Part shown: positions 20,096 to 32,329 of the stretch, one piece after another
How the letters are laid out: each line of letters begins with the position of its first letter
Numbering within the stretch: position 1 is the stretch's first letter
NCBI GenBank assembly: GCA_963754975.1
Contig: CAVWII010000017.1
Span: 14,287-78,286 of the forward strand
DNA from: an uncultured Alphaproteobacteria bacterium
Lineage (GTDB): Bacteria > Pseudomonadota > Alphaproteobacteria > Rhizobiales > Beijerinckiaceae
Direction of reading: 5' to 3'
Length of the DNA: 64,000 bases
Notes under the pieces: generated by a model
The model's database searches: none
The model's input: only the letters and a program-made list of their open reading frames with translations
Told to the model about the DNA's origin: nothing
Program-made: the position numbers and the translations under genes

Positions 20096-20296
20096 CGCCT
20101 CTCCCCGCTTGCGGGGAGAGGGCTGCCGAAGGCAGCAAGCCTGCGAAGCAGGCGAGGGTGAGGGGGGCGTGGCGAAGAGGGCGCGGTGGCACGGGAAGGC
20201 GCCTCTTCCGGAGACGCCCCCTCACCCCCGCTTCGCTTCGCTCCGCTTGTTTCGGCAAAAGCCGAAACCCTCTCCCCGCAGGCGGGGAGAGGCGAA
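20096..20296. repeat. ~200-bp palindromic intergenic element, family 1, copy B
   Basis: Same terminal hairpins and inner inverted repeats as copies A and C. Confidence 0.9.
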
Positions 20297-20341
20297 TCCA
20301 AGACGCGGTCGCAAAGATGACGAGCGATGCTTTCTCGTCGA

Positions 20342-20956
20342 TTACGGCTTTGCCGCCGGCGGCATCGTCGTGCTCGCGGGCGGGGCCGTGTTCGTCGTCG
20401 ACGAGGACGCACTGCGGGCGCTGTAGTGGAATTCCGGCGCGGCCTGAAGATCCGCCTTCGTCATCTTGACGGTTGCCCGGTCCGGCACGCCGTCATTGTC
20501 CACCGTCGTCGTCGCCATCGTCGTGCTGCCCGTCGTTGCGGGCGCGTTCGGATTCGCCGGCATCGCCACGCCGGCGGTGGGCGCCGCGGCGGTGCGGGCG
20601 GGCTCGTCGACGAATGTCAGCTCGGAATAGGGAAAAGCGACGTCCTTGGTACCGATGCCGAGGAAGCCGCCCACTCCGACGACGACGGCTTGAATTCTAC
20701 CGTCCTTGTCGAAGATCAACTCGTCGATGTCGCCGATCTTGGCGTTGTCCGACCCGTAGACGTCGACGCCGATCAGCTTCGATCCGCGCATCTGGTCGGA
20801 GGCCAGCACCGTCACGAACTGGGTCGATGCGGCCGCAGGCGACATCGCCGGTTTCTCCGCAATCGCAGCAGCCGGCGGCGCAGCCGTCTGCGCCAGGGCA
20901 AATCCCGTCGAAAGGGCGGTCGCCGCAAGCGCTGCGGCAAATGTGGTCGTTCGCAT
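20342..20956 (-). CDS. Secreted PRC-barrel domain protein
   Basis: Signal peptide, SKLIGVDVY...KIGDI and VVGVGGFLGIG.KDVA motifs. GGAGG RBS. Confidence 0.92.
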   Translation of the reverse strand: MRTTTFAAALAATALSTGFALAQTAAPPAAAIAEKPAMSPAAASTQFVTVLASDQMRGSKLIGVDVYGSDNAKIGDIDELIFDKDGRIQAVVVGVGGFLGIGTKDVAFPYSELTFVDEPARTAAAPTAGVAMPANPNAPATTGSTTMATTTVDNDGVPDRATVKMTKADLQAAPEFHYSARSASSSTTNTAPPASTTMPPAAKP

Positions 20957-21000
20957 CAATTCCTCCATTGTCTGTCATCCCCGAGCGGCGCTCGGGGGAG

Positions 21001-21025
21001 AACGGCGAAGCGTGCCGGACGTTTC
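21001..21025 (-). promoter_or_regulatory. EcfG-like promoter GAAAC-N16-CGTT
   Basis: On the minus strand, one mismatch to GGAAC-N16-CGTT, just upstream of the PRC-barrel gene. Confidence 0.45.
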
Positions 21026-21153
21026 ACGCGATTCTTCGAAGACCGCCGGGCTGGCGGCGCACCGAATCGCTTCGCGCACACCCGGACGCAGCTGAAAAAA
21101 GCCTCGCCGTCGGCTCTGCGGGAGAAACGTCGCAGAACACGAAGCTGTTCCGC

Positions 21154-23353
21154 CTATTCCGCGGCCTCTTTGGCGGAAGGTTGCGCAGGTTTAAGTCGCG
21201 TCGCGAGGCCGAGAAGGGCGCGGTCGTGGAGCACGACCATGCGCTCCTTCGGCTTGAGCCAATCGAGCGCGTCCTCGATCGTTTCGGCATCGACGAGCTT
21301 GGCTTCAGCCAGCGCCCGGTCGGGCTCGATCTCGCCGCGGCGCCTGGGCGGCGTCAACGGCAGCATCGCCTCATGCTGCTCGCGCAGATACGGCTCCATG
21401 AAGATCGCGAGCATCCCGTCGGCGTCGTCGAAACCGAGGCGCGCATTGCGCGCCTGCAATTCGTTGGCGCGCGTCGCGATGGCGGGGGGCCGATATTCCT
21501 CCGGCGTGCGCAACAGCCCGATCTTCTTCAAGGCGAGGCCGACGGCGAGCTGGCCCGAGAGCCAGGAAAGCGGAATGGCGAGCAGAAGGCCGACGATCGT
21601 CGGCGACATCCATAAGAAGAGCGAGGTCGCGATGGTGAAGGCGGAGACGCCCGCGAAGGCGCCGAGCGCCGCGTGCCAGCGATGCCGCCGGACGATGTCG
21701 CGGAACGGGATCGAGCCGTCGTCCCGCCGCTGCGGCCGCCAGCCGGTGTCGCGCCCGAGCAGGATCTGGAACACGGAGCCCGACTGGATCAGCATCAGGA
21801 TCGGCGCAAGGAGCGCCGAGAACACGATCTCGATCGCTGCCGAGAGCACGAGCCTGATCGCGCCGCCGCAGGCGCGCCGACCGGCGCTGCGCGTCAGCAT
21901 CAGGAGAAGGCCGAAGATCTTCGGCGCCAGCAGGATACCCATGGTGAGGGCGAACAGCGCCAGCGCTCGTTCGGGATCGAACCGCGGCCAGACCGGGAAG
22001 AGGCGGAAGTCGCGGGCGAAATATTCGGGCCGGATATAGGTCGTCTGCAGGACGAGGGCGATACCGACGATGAGCTGGAAGAGCCAGAACGGCGAGGCGA
22101 GGTAGGACATGATGCCGGTCGCGAAATGCTGCCGCGTGGGCAGTTTCAGGCCTTTCGCGCCGATCACCCGCGTGTGCTGGAGATTGCCCTGGCACCAGCG
22201 CCGGTCGCGGGCGGAGAGGTCGATCAGCGAGGGCGGACTTTCCTCGTAGGAGCCCTCGAGCTCCGGCAGCATGTAGACGGTCCAGCCGGCGCGCCGGATC
22301 AGGGCGGCCTCGACGAAGTCGTGGCTCAGGATATGGCCGCCGAGGGGCGGCCGGCCCTTGAGATCCGGCAGGCCGGCATGGGCGGCGAAGGCGGCCGTGC
22401 GGATGATCGCGTTGTGGCCCCAGTAGTTGCCGTCGCGGCCCATCCAGGCGGACAGGCCCGTCGCGATCACCGGCCCGTAGACCCGCGCCGCGAATTGCTG
22501 GAGGCGCGCGAAGAAGGTGTTGCGGTTGATGATCAGCGGCAAGCGTCTGGATGATGCCGGCGTCGGGATCGGCCTCCATCGCCGCGGCGAGGCGCACGAT
22601 GCAGTCGCCGGTCATCAGGCTGTCCGCGTCGAGCACCAGCATGTGCTCGTAGTGCCCGCCCCAGCGGGACGACGAAATCGGCGATGTTGCCGGCCTTGCG
22701 GTGATAGTTCTTGGGCCGGTGGCGGTAGTAGATGCGAGCGTTCGGCCCGAGGCGCCCGCGCAGCTCGAGGAAGGCGCGCTCCTCCGCGACCCAGGCGTCG
22801 GGATCGGTCGAATCGGAGAGCGACGAAATAGTCGAAGGCTCCGCCGTGGCCCGTCGCCTCGACGGATTCGCGGATCGCCTCGAACGCCGCGAAGGTGCGC
22901 GCGGTCTTCTCGTTGTAGACCGGCATGACGACGGCGATCTTCGCCGCGAGGCTGCGCGGCAGCGCGCCGCCGCCGCCGCGGCTGACGAGGAGCACGAGGA
23001 AGCCGAGGAGGGCGCTCGTGAACGCCACCGCGATCCACGAGAAGTTCATCGTGAAAAGCGCGAGCAGGAGCCACTGCAGGATCGTCGTGCGGCTCACCGA
23101 CACGACCTGGTACATCTCCCAGGCGCCGTAGGCGGTGAGGAGGAGGCGCGCCGCCAAAGACGAGAAGGCGCGCGAGCCAGGGCGTCGCACTGAGCTGCGG
23201 CGCGGCGAGGCGGCGCTCCGAGCCTTCGGGCCATGCGCGCAGCGACTGCGTCGGCATGTTGAGATGCCGCTCGGGCGGCATCGCAGGCTCGGTCCGCGGC
23301 AGTGCGGTCACGACCGGCTCGGCGATGCTCACGGTGTCCAGCGGTAGAGCCAT
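21154..23353 (-). CDS. opgH: Glucans biosynthesis glucosyltransferase OpgH/MdoH; several frameshifts in the 5' half
   Basis: [35 protein letters not shown] and [12 protein letters not shown] spread over three frames. Confidence 0.93.
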
Positions 23354-24869
23354 GTTTCGCTAATTGGCTTTCCGCCCGATTGCAGGATCAGGCGCATCTC
23401 GCACGAATTTTCGTTTCCAGGGTCGAGCTCGAAGGACGACGCGGACGGTCTTGCGGTCCGGATAGGGCCAAACCCTGAGAAACTGAATCGGACCCCGGAC
23501 CAACGGTCAGGACGGGTTTAAGGTCCGCCAGGGCGTCCGCAGAGATGTCGCCGGTGAAGTCGACTAAAAAGCGGCGGCGGCGGCCGCCGCTGCCGCGGCC
23601 GATCCGGGTCGCCGTGACGATGGCGAGCGGCGGCCGGTCCGGTGGCTGCCAGCACCAGTACTGCCGGTAGGCGAGCGCCACTTCCGAGTTCGCCGCCATC
23701 ACGGCCTTCGGCCGCCAATAGGCGAGGATGTTGTCGTTGATTTCGGCATCGCTCGGGATTTCGAGGAGCTGGACGCTGCCCTGGCCCCAGTCGCCCAGCG
23801 GCTCGATCCAGAGCGAGGGCCGCCGCTCGAAGCGCTGGTCGTCGTCCTGGAAACGCCTCGTAGGCGCGGTCACGCTGAATCAGGCCGAAGCCCCTCGGGG
23901 AGTGTCGACAAAGGCCGAAATTTGCAGCGTTTCCGGGTTGTGCGAGCGGCCGCCAGAGCCATTCGCCCTGGCCGTTGAGGATCTGCAGGCCGTTCGAACT
24001 CGAAGACGGCCGGGCGCGCGTCGTCGAAATTGCGCCGGTCATTGCGGGCCGAAGAGGTAGGTCGAGGTCATGCCGCCGAGGCCGACATGCTCGAGATTGA
24101 CGCGCGGGAACAGGCTCGTCTCGACGTCGACGATGGTCACCTCGCCGGGCCGGAAAGTCATGCGCACGGCGCCGCTCGTCGATCTCCGAATCGATGATGC
24201 CGTGGATGGTGATGGCGTTGCTGCCGGCGACGGGACGCTCGAGCCAGAAGGCCCGGAAGACCGGGAATTCCTCGCCGCGAGTCTCGGCCGGCTTCAGGGT
24301 GAGGGCGCGGGCGACGACGCCGAAATTCTGGCCGCGGGCGAGCGCACGGAAGAAGGTGGCGCCCTGCACGATGGCGAAGTCCGTCGGCGTTCCGTTGCCG
24401 AACGGCGTGAGCAGGCGGAAGCCGGAAAAGCCGATGTCGGCGGTCGTCGGCGGGACGGCGAGCTGGCCGTAGTCGAACTTCGAGCGGTCGTAGGCGAGGC
24501 GCCGGATGCTGCCGTCCTCGACGAAGAAGAGGGCGACCTGGTTGGTGAAGACGAAGCCGCGGTGCAAGGGCTCGACCGAGATGCCGCGGCCATCCGCCCA
24601 GATCGTCGCGCCGGGGGCGCTGCGGATGGCGATGTACTGGTCGTAGGTGAGGTTCCCGAAGGGTCCGGCAGGTCCCCGGGCGGCGCCTGGAAGGGACGCT
24701 TGGCGAGCTGGCGGGCGACGTCGGTCACCATGCCCGGCTCGAAGCGCTGTCCGTCGCCGAGAACCTGCTGGATGATCGCCTGCGGCGCGGTGTTCTGCGC
24801 CCTCGCCGGCGGGGCGGCGAGCAAGGCTGCCGTGGCGCCGAGCGACGCCAGCACCTCGCGCCTGTTCAA
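23329..24869 (-). CDS. opgG: Periplasmic glucan biosynthesis protein OpgG/OpgD (Tat signal); multiple frameshifts
   Basis: Twin-arginine leader NRREVL, GFSGFRL, GATFFRA, EEFP.FRAFW, RRPSLW.EP..DWG.G.V.L.EIP and C-terminal ETWLYRW. Confidence 0.9.
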
Positions 24870-25097
24870 GGCATGGGGAGAGGATGTCTCCGGACGATCC
24901 GGCAAAGTCTTACTCTTCGACTGGGGCGGCCAGGTCAGGGGGCTTGACCTTATCCTATCGGCTTTTGGCGCGGCGAAGTAAACGGCGGTCGCAAGTGAGC
25001 GTGGCGATTTGGCGGCGAAAGGCGCATTGCGGCTTTCCCGACCGTGGGTTAGCTCCTTCGCCATCGCCCCGGCACGCATCATGTTCGGGAATTGCCG

Positions 25098-26489
<1,392 letters not shown>

Positions 26490-26572
26490 CATATTCCGTC
26501 ACGCAAGTTGATTTGAGCACGCGGGAAGCGCGGCGTAGCACCGCCGGCTGGTTGAGGATGGGAACGACGTCC

Positions 26573-28409
26573 ATGTGCGGCATCGTGGGGATTCTCGGCA
26601 AGGACGCCGTCGCGACGCAGGTCGTCGAGGCGCTGAAGCGGCTGGAATACCGGGGCTACAATTCCGCCGGCGTCGCCACCCTCGAAGGGGGCCGGCTGAC
26701 CCGGCGCCGGGCCGAGGGCAAGCTTCGCAACCTCGAGTTGAAGCTGTCGCAGGCGCCGCTCTCCGGCGCCATCGGCATCGGCCACACCCGCTGGGCGACC
26801 CACGGCAAGCCGAACGAGACCAATGCCCATCCGCATGCCACCGACCGGCTCGCGGTCGTCCACAACGGCATCATCGAGAATTTCCGCGAGCTGAAGCAGC
26901 GAGCTCGCAGGCGAAGGGCGTCCGCTTCGAGACCGAGACCGACACCGAAGTCGTGGCCCAGCTCGTCACGCGACGAGATGCGCCAGGGCCGCTCGGCGGT
27001 CGAGGCCGTGGCGGCGACCCTGCCGCGGCTGCGCGGCGCCTTCGCGCTCGGCTTCCTCTTCGCCGGGCGAGGAAGATCTCCTGATCGGGGCGCGGCACGG
27101 GGCGCCGCTCGCCATCGGCTACGGCGACGGCGAGATGTATCTCGGCTCGGACGCCCTTGCGCTGGCGCCGTTCACGGACGAGGTCTGCCTATCTCGAGGA
27201 CGGCGACTGGGCGATCCTGAACCGCGGCGGCGCCGAGATCCGCGACGGCACGCAACGCGCCGTCGAGCGGCCGCGGGTGAAGATCCACGACCGGCTCGTT
27301 CATGGCCGACAAGGGCAATCACCGCCACTTCATGGCGAAGGAGATCCACGAGCAGCCCGAGGTCGTCGGCCGCACGCTCGGCCCACTACGTCAACTTCGC
27401 CGCCGGCAAGGTCGACTTGCCCTTCGACCTGCCGTTCGACTTCAAGGACGTGAAGCGGCTCTCGATCTCCGCTTGCGGCACGGCCTATCTCGCCGGGCTG
27501 ATCGCGAAGTATTGGTTCGAGCGGCTGGCCCGCCTGCCGGTCGAGATCGACGTTGCCTCCGAGTTCCGCTACCGCGAGGCGCCGCTGGAGCCGGGTGACG
27601 TCGCGCTCTTCGTCTCGCAATCCGGCGAGACCGCCGATACCCTCGCTTCGCTGCGCTACGCGAAGTCGCAGCAGCAGCACATCCTGTCGGTCGTCAACGT
27701 GCCGACCTCGACGATGGCCCGCGAGAGCACGGTCGTCGCGCAGACGCTTGCCGGGATCGGAGATCGGCGTCGCCTCGACCAAGGCCTTCACCTGCCAGCT
27801 CACGGTGCTCCTCTGCCTCGCGATCGCCGCGGGCAGGGCGCGGGGCACGCTCTCCGCCGCCGCGGAAGAAGGACCTCGTCGACGCGCTCATCGCCGTGCC
27901 CGGCCTGATGAGCGAGGCGCTGAAGCGGGAGGGGCAGATCGAGGCTCTTTCGCGCGAACTCTCGAAGGCGAAGGATGTGCTCTATCTCGGCCGCGGCACC
28001 TCCTATCCGCTGGCCCTGGAAGGGGCGCTGAAGCTCAAGGAAATCTCCTACATCCATGCCGAGGGCTATGCCGCGGGCGAACTGAAGCACGGACCGATCG
28101 CGCTGATCGACGAGTCGATGCCGGTCATCGTCATCGCGCCGCACGATCCGCTGGTTCGAGAAGACCGTCTCGAACATGCAGGAGGTCGCGGCCCGCGGCG
28201 GCAACATCATCCTCATCACCGACGACAAGGGCGCCACCGCCTCCGGCCTCGATACGCTGGCGACGATCGTCATGCCGACCGCGCACCCGGTCGTCGCGCC
28301 GATCGTGCACGCGGTTCCCGTCCAGCTCCTCGCCTATCAGACGGCGGTTTTCATGGGGAAGGACGTCGACCAGCCGCGCAACCTGGCAAAGTCGGTCACG
28401 GTCGAGTAG
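26573..28409 (+). CDS. glmS: Glutamine--fructose-6-phosphate transaminase; multiple frameshifts
   Basis: [49 protein letters not shown] and [11 protein letters not shown]. Confidence 0.96.
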
Positions 28410-28412
28410 CGG

Positions 28413-28829
28413 CTATTCGTCCGGCCGCGTCAGGACATAGGCCGCCGCTGCGAGCATGGCGGCGAGGGAGCCGGCCTTGGCCGCGGCCGGCGCCGACGTC
28501 GCGAACAGGATGAGCCAGCTCGCGGCCATCGCGACCGAGGAGAGGATCTTGCCGTAGCGCGGGATCGCGCCCGTCTCGCGCCAGCGCCGGATCGGCGGGC
28601 CGAGACGCTTGTGACCGAGGAGCCAGGCCTCGAAGCGCGGCGAGGAGCGCGCGAAGCAGGCGGCGGCGAGGATCAGGAACACGACCCCCGGCACGAGCGG
28701 CAGGAAGATGCCGGCGATGCCGACGAGGGTGAAAACCCAGCCGAGCGCAAACAGGAACGGCCGCCCAAGCGCGTGCAGGCGCCGCCCGATTCGCGAGCTT
28801 TCTGGCGGTTTCGGCGGCAACCCGGTCAC
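28413..28829 (-). CDS. YbaN/DUF454 family membrane protein
   Basis: [25 protein letters not shown] and GP.I..W...GAIP motifs. Confidence 0.88.
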   Translation of the reverse strand: MTGLPPKPPESSRIGRRLHALGRPFLFALGWVFTLVGIAGIFLPLVPGVVFLILAAACFARSSPRFEAWLLGHKRLGPPIRRWRETGAIPRYGKILSSVAMAASWLILFATSAPAAAKAGSLAAMLAAAAYVLTRPDE

Positions 28830-28931
28830 GACCTTTCCATTCTGCGGCGTTCCGCCCGGCCCGCACCCTTGAGCGGAGCGCGTGCGTCCAATAGGAGTTC
28901 TGAGCAGGGGATGTTCCCTGGTTCGGAAGCG

Positions 28932-29693
28932 ATGAGCACGCCCCCGCAGGCGCCGTCCTCACACGACCTCGACCCGACCGCACGACCGAAATCGAGCGCG
29001 CGCTTCCGGCTGCGCAACTATCTTCTGACCGGGCTCATCGTCGCCGGGCCCCTGACCATCACGATGTATATCACGTGGTCGTTCATCACCTGGGTCGACG
29101 GCTGGGTGAAGCCGCTCGTGCCGGCGCCGTACCTGCCCGAAACCTATCTGCCGTTCCAGATCCCCGGCTTCGGCCTCGTCATCGCGCTCGCCGGCCTGAC
29201 GACGCTTGGCTTTCTGACGGCGAACCTCGTCGGCAAGACGCTTCTGAACCTGGGCGAGGTGGTGCTGAGCCGGATGCCGGTGGTGCGCGGCATCTACAAG
29301 GGCACGAAGCAGGTCTTCGAGACGATCTTTTCCGCGAACGGCACTTCGTTCCGCAAGGTCGGGCTCGTCGAGTTTCCGGTAAAGGGGACCTGGTCGCTCG
29401 TCTTCATCTCGACCTCCGCCGCACCGCAGCTTGAGGAGCAGCTTCCGGCCGCGGGCGAATATGTCGGCGTCTTCCTGCCTTGCACGCCGAACCCGACGAC
29501 CGGCTTCTTCTTCTATCTGCCCCGCGCCAACGTTCTCGAACTGACGATGAGCGTCGAGGATGCGGCAAAGCTCGTCATGTCCGCCGGCGTCATCCAGCCC
29601 GACGAAACCCAGGCCCGCCTCCAGACCCTCGCCGAATCCGCCCGCGCCAACGGGCTGGAGCTGCGCACGAAAGCGCTCGAGCCGAGCGAGTAG
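28932..29693 (+). CDS. DUF502 membrane protein
   Basis: RNYLLTGL...PL.IT, R.P.VR.IY...KQ and FLP.TPNPTTGF motifs. Confidence 0.9.
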   Translation: MSTPPQAPSSHDLDPTARPKSSARFRLRNYLLTGLIVAGPLTITMYITWSFITWVDGWVKPLVPAPYLPETYLPFQIPGFGLVIALAGLTTLGFLTANLVGKTLLNLGEVVLSRMPVVRGIYKGTKQVFETIFSANGTSFRKVGLVEFPVKGTWSLVFISTSAAPQLEEQLPAAGEYVGVFLPCTPNPTTGFFFYLPRANVLELTMSVEDAAKLVMSAGVIQPDETQARLQTLAESARANGLELRTKALEPSE

Positions 29694-29699
29694 GGCGCC

Positions 29700-31820
29700 T
29701 CACCCCGCCCTCAGAAGCCGCACCGCGGCGTCGCGCTCGAAGAGATACAGCAGCACGCGCAGGGCGCGGCCGCGCTCGCCCGTCAGATCGGGGTCGCGGT
29801 CGACGATCAGGCGGGCGTCGTCGCGGGCGGCGGCGAGGAGTTCGCCGTCGACGTCGAGCCGCGCCAGCCGGAAGCCGGGGAGGCCGGATTGCCGGGTGCC
29901 CAGAACCTCGCCCTCGCCGCGCAGGCGCAGATCCTCCTCCGCGATGCGGAAGCCGTCCTCGGTCTCGCGCATCGTTTCGAGCCGCGCCTGCGCCGTCGGC
30001 CCGAGCGGACCCTTGTAGAGGAGGAGGCAGGTCGAGGGCCGCTCGCCGCGCCCGACCCGGCCGCGGAGCTGGTGCAGCTGGGCGAGGCCGAAGCGCTCCG
30101 CGTGCTCGATGACCATCACGGTCGCCTCGGGCACGTCGACGCCGACCTCGATCACCGTCGTCGAGACGAGAATCTTCGTCTCGCCGCGGGAAAAGCGGTC
30201 CATGGCGGCGTCCTTGTCGCGGCCGGCAAGCCGACCGTGGACGAGACCGACCGCGTCGCCGAAGACCTTGCGCAGATCCTCGAAACGGTCCTCCGCCGCG
30301 GCGAGATCGACGGTCTCCGATTCCGCAACGAGAGGGCAGATCCAGTACACCCGATCCCCGGCGGCGACGGCGCGCCCGAGGGCGGCGATGACCTCCTCCA
30401 GCCGCTCGCTCGATACGAGCCTCGTCGCGATCGGCAGCCGGCCGGCGGGCTTCTCGCGCAGCACCGAGACGTCCATGTCCCCGAAGCAGGTCAGCGCCAG
30501 GGTGCGCGGGATCGGCGTCGCGGTCATGACCAGGATGTCAACCGCCTCGCCCTTGGCCCCGAGGGCGAGGCGCTGGTGCACGCCGAAACGGTGCTGCTCG
30601 TCGACGACGGCAAGCCCGAGATCGTGGAACGCGACCTCGTCCTGGAACAGGGCATGCGTGCCGACGACGATGTCGATGACGCCCTCCGCGAGCCCGGCGA
30701 GGATCGTCCGGCGCTCGGCGCCGCGGTCGCGGCCGGTGAGAAGGGCGATGCGCAGGCCGGCCCCCACGGCGAGAGGCGCGAGACGCTCGAAATGCTGGCG
30801 GGCCAGGATCTCGGTCGGCGCCATCAGGGCGGCCTGCCGGCCCGCCTCGATGGCGCTCGCCATGGCGAGAAGCGCGACCGCCGTCTTGCCGGAGCCGACA
30901 TCGCCCTGGAGCAGGCGGAGCATGCGCGTGTCGGCGACGAGGTCGCGGCGGATCTCCGCCACCGCCTCCTCCTGTGAGGGCGTGAGCGTGAAGGGCAGGG
31001 CGCGCCGGATCGCCGCGACGAGGCGCCCGTCGCCGGCGTTCGCCCGCCCCGGCAGGCGCCGCATCCGGCTGCGCACGAGGGCGAGGGCGAGCTGGGAGGC
31101 GAGGAGCTCGTCATAGGCGAGCCGCCGCCGCGCCGGCGAGCGCTCGAGCTCCTCCTCGGTAAGCTTATCGGCCGCGTCCGGCCTGTGCAGCGCGTTCAGG
31201 CTCTCGTCGAAGGCGGCAAAGCCGTTGCGGGCGAGGAAGGCCGCATCCTGCCATTCGGGCAGCTTCGGCACGCGCTTCAGAGCCGCGGCGACGTATTTGC
31301 CGACCATGCGCGAGGAGACGCCCTCGGTGAGGCCGTAGACCGCCTCGACCGGGGGCAGGTCGCGGGCGCCGCGCTCGTCGAGGATGCGGGCCGGATGCAC
31401 CATCTGGCGCATGCCGTCGTAGAGTTCGATCGTGCCGGAGACGAAGCGCCTTTTTCCGACGGGAAGGAGGCTTTCGAGCCGCCCGCGCGGGGCGTTGAAG
31501 AAGACGAGGGTGATGTCGCCGGTCTCGTCCTGAACGAGGATCTTGTAGGGCGAACGTCCGCGTCCCGGCGGGGGCGGCCGATGGACGGCGACGGTGACGG
31601 CGAGCGTCACCGGCTCGCCCACGGGAGCCTCGGCGATCGAGCCCTTCATCTCCCGCGAGACGCCGCCCGTTGGCAGGTGGAAGAGCAGGTCGACGATCCG
31701 CGCCGGCTGCCCTGCCTCCCCGAGAAGCCGGTCGAGCAGCGGCGCGATCTTCGTTCCGACGCCGGAAATCGACGCCGCGGAAGCGAAGAACGGATCGAGG
31801 AGGGAGGGACGCAGGGCCAT
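29700..31820 (-). CDS. recG: ATP-dependent DNA helicase RecG
   Basis: RLLQGDVGSGKT, MAPTEILA.QH, VDEQHRFGV, MTATPIPRT and QLRGRVGRG motifs. Confidence 0.98.
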   Translation of the reverse strand: MALRPSLLDPFFASAASISGVGTKIAPLLDRLLGEAGQPARIVDLLFHLPTGGVSREMKGSIAEAPVGEPVTLAVTVAVHRPPPPGRGRSPYKILVQDETGDITLVFFNAPRGRLESLLPVGKRRFVSGTIELYDGMRQMVHPARILDERGARDLPPVEAVYGLTEGVSSRMVGKYVAAALKRVPKLPEWQDAAFLARNGFAAFDESLNALHRPDAADKLTEEELERSPARRRLAYDELLASQLALALVRSRMRRLPGRANAGDGRLVAAIRRALPFTLTPSQEEAVAEIRRDLVADTRMLRLLQGDVGSGKTAVALLAMASAIEAGRQAALMAPTEILARQHFERLAPLAVGAGLRIALLTGRDRGAERRTILAGLAEGVIDIVVGTHALFQDEVAFHDLGLAVVDEQHRFGVHQRLALGAKGEAVDILVMTATPIPRTLALTCFGDMDVSVLREKPAGRLPIATRLVSSERLEEVIAALGRAVAAGDRVYWICPLVAESETVDLAAAEDRFEDLRKVFGDAVGLVHGRLAGRDKDAAMDRFSRGETKILVSTTVIEVGVDVPEATVMVIEHAERFGLAQLHQLRGRVGRGERPSTCLLLYKGPLGPTAQARLETMRETEDGFRIAEEDLRLRGEGEVLGTRQSGLPGFRLARLDVDGELLAAARDDARLIVDRDPDLTGERGRALRVLLYLFERDAAVRLLRAG

Positions 31821-31960
31821 GGGCGGGTGAGGGGCAGGGCGCGTCCGGCGCAGGGCCAGGGCTCTAGCATCGAGCCGGGAGGTCGCTATATAGCGGCATG
31901 GGTCCCGCCCGCGAAGGGAAGACGCGCCGGGGCCGTTCCCGTGACGACCGGAGCTGAACC

Positions 31961-32257
31961 ATGAGCGGATCGACCCGTTCGAGCGCCGACCTCGACGTGC
32001 GCCGCCGCCGCAACCTCTTCCGGGCCTGGCACCGGGGCATCCGCGAGATGGACCTGATCATGGGCCGCTTCGCCGATGCCGAGATCGGCACCCTGTCGGA
32101 GGAGGACCTGTCCGAGTTCGAGCGCCTGATCGAGGTGCCGGACGCCGACCTCTACCGCTGGATTACCGGCGAGGCCGAGGTGCCGGGAAATTACGACACG
32201 GCTCTCTTCCGGCGCCTCGAACGTTTCCACCGGCACGCGGCGCCGCTCCACGGCTGA
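31961..32257 (+). CDS. sdhE: Succinate dehydrogenase flavin assembly factor (SdhE/SDHAF2)
   Basis: FRAWHRGIREMDL and D..LY.W motifs. Lies between recG and mfd. Confidence 0.93.
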   Translation: MSGSTRSSADLDVRRRRNLFRAWHRGIREMDLIMGRFADAEIGTLSEEDLSEFERLIEVPDADLYRWITGEAEVPGNYDTALFRRLERFHRHAAPLHG

Positions 32258-32329
32258 GCCGTCGGCGCCCTCAAAAAGGTCTCGGAGCCGGCGACGCCGC
32301 CCCGCTTCGACCGCATCGCATTATCGACC

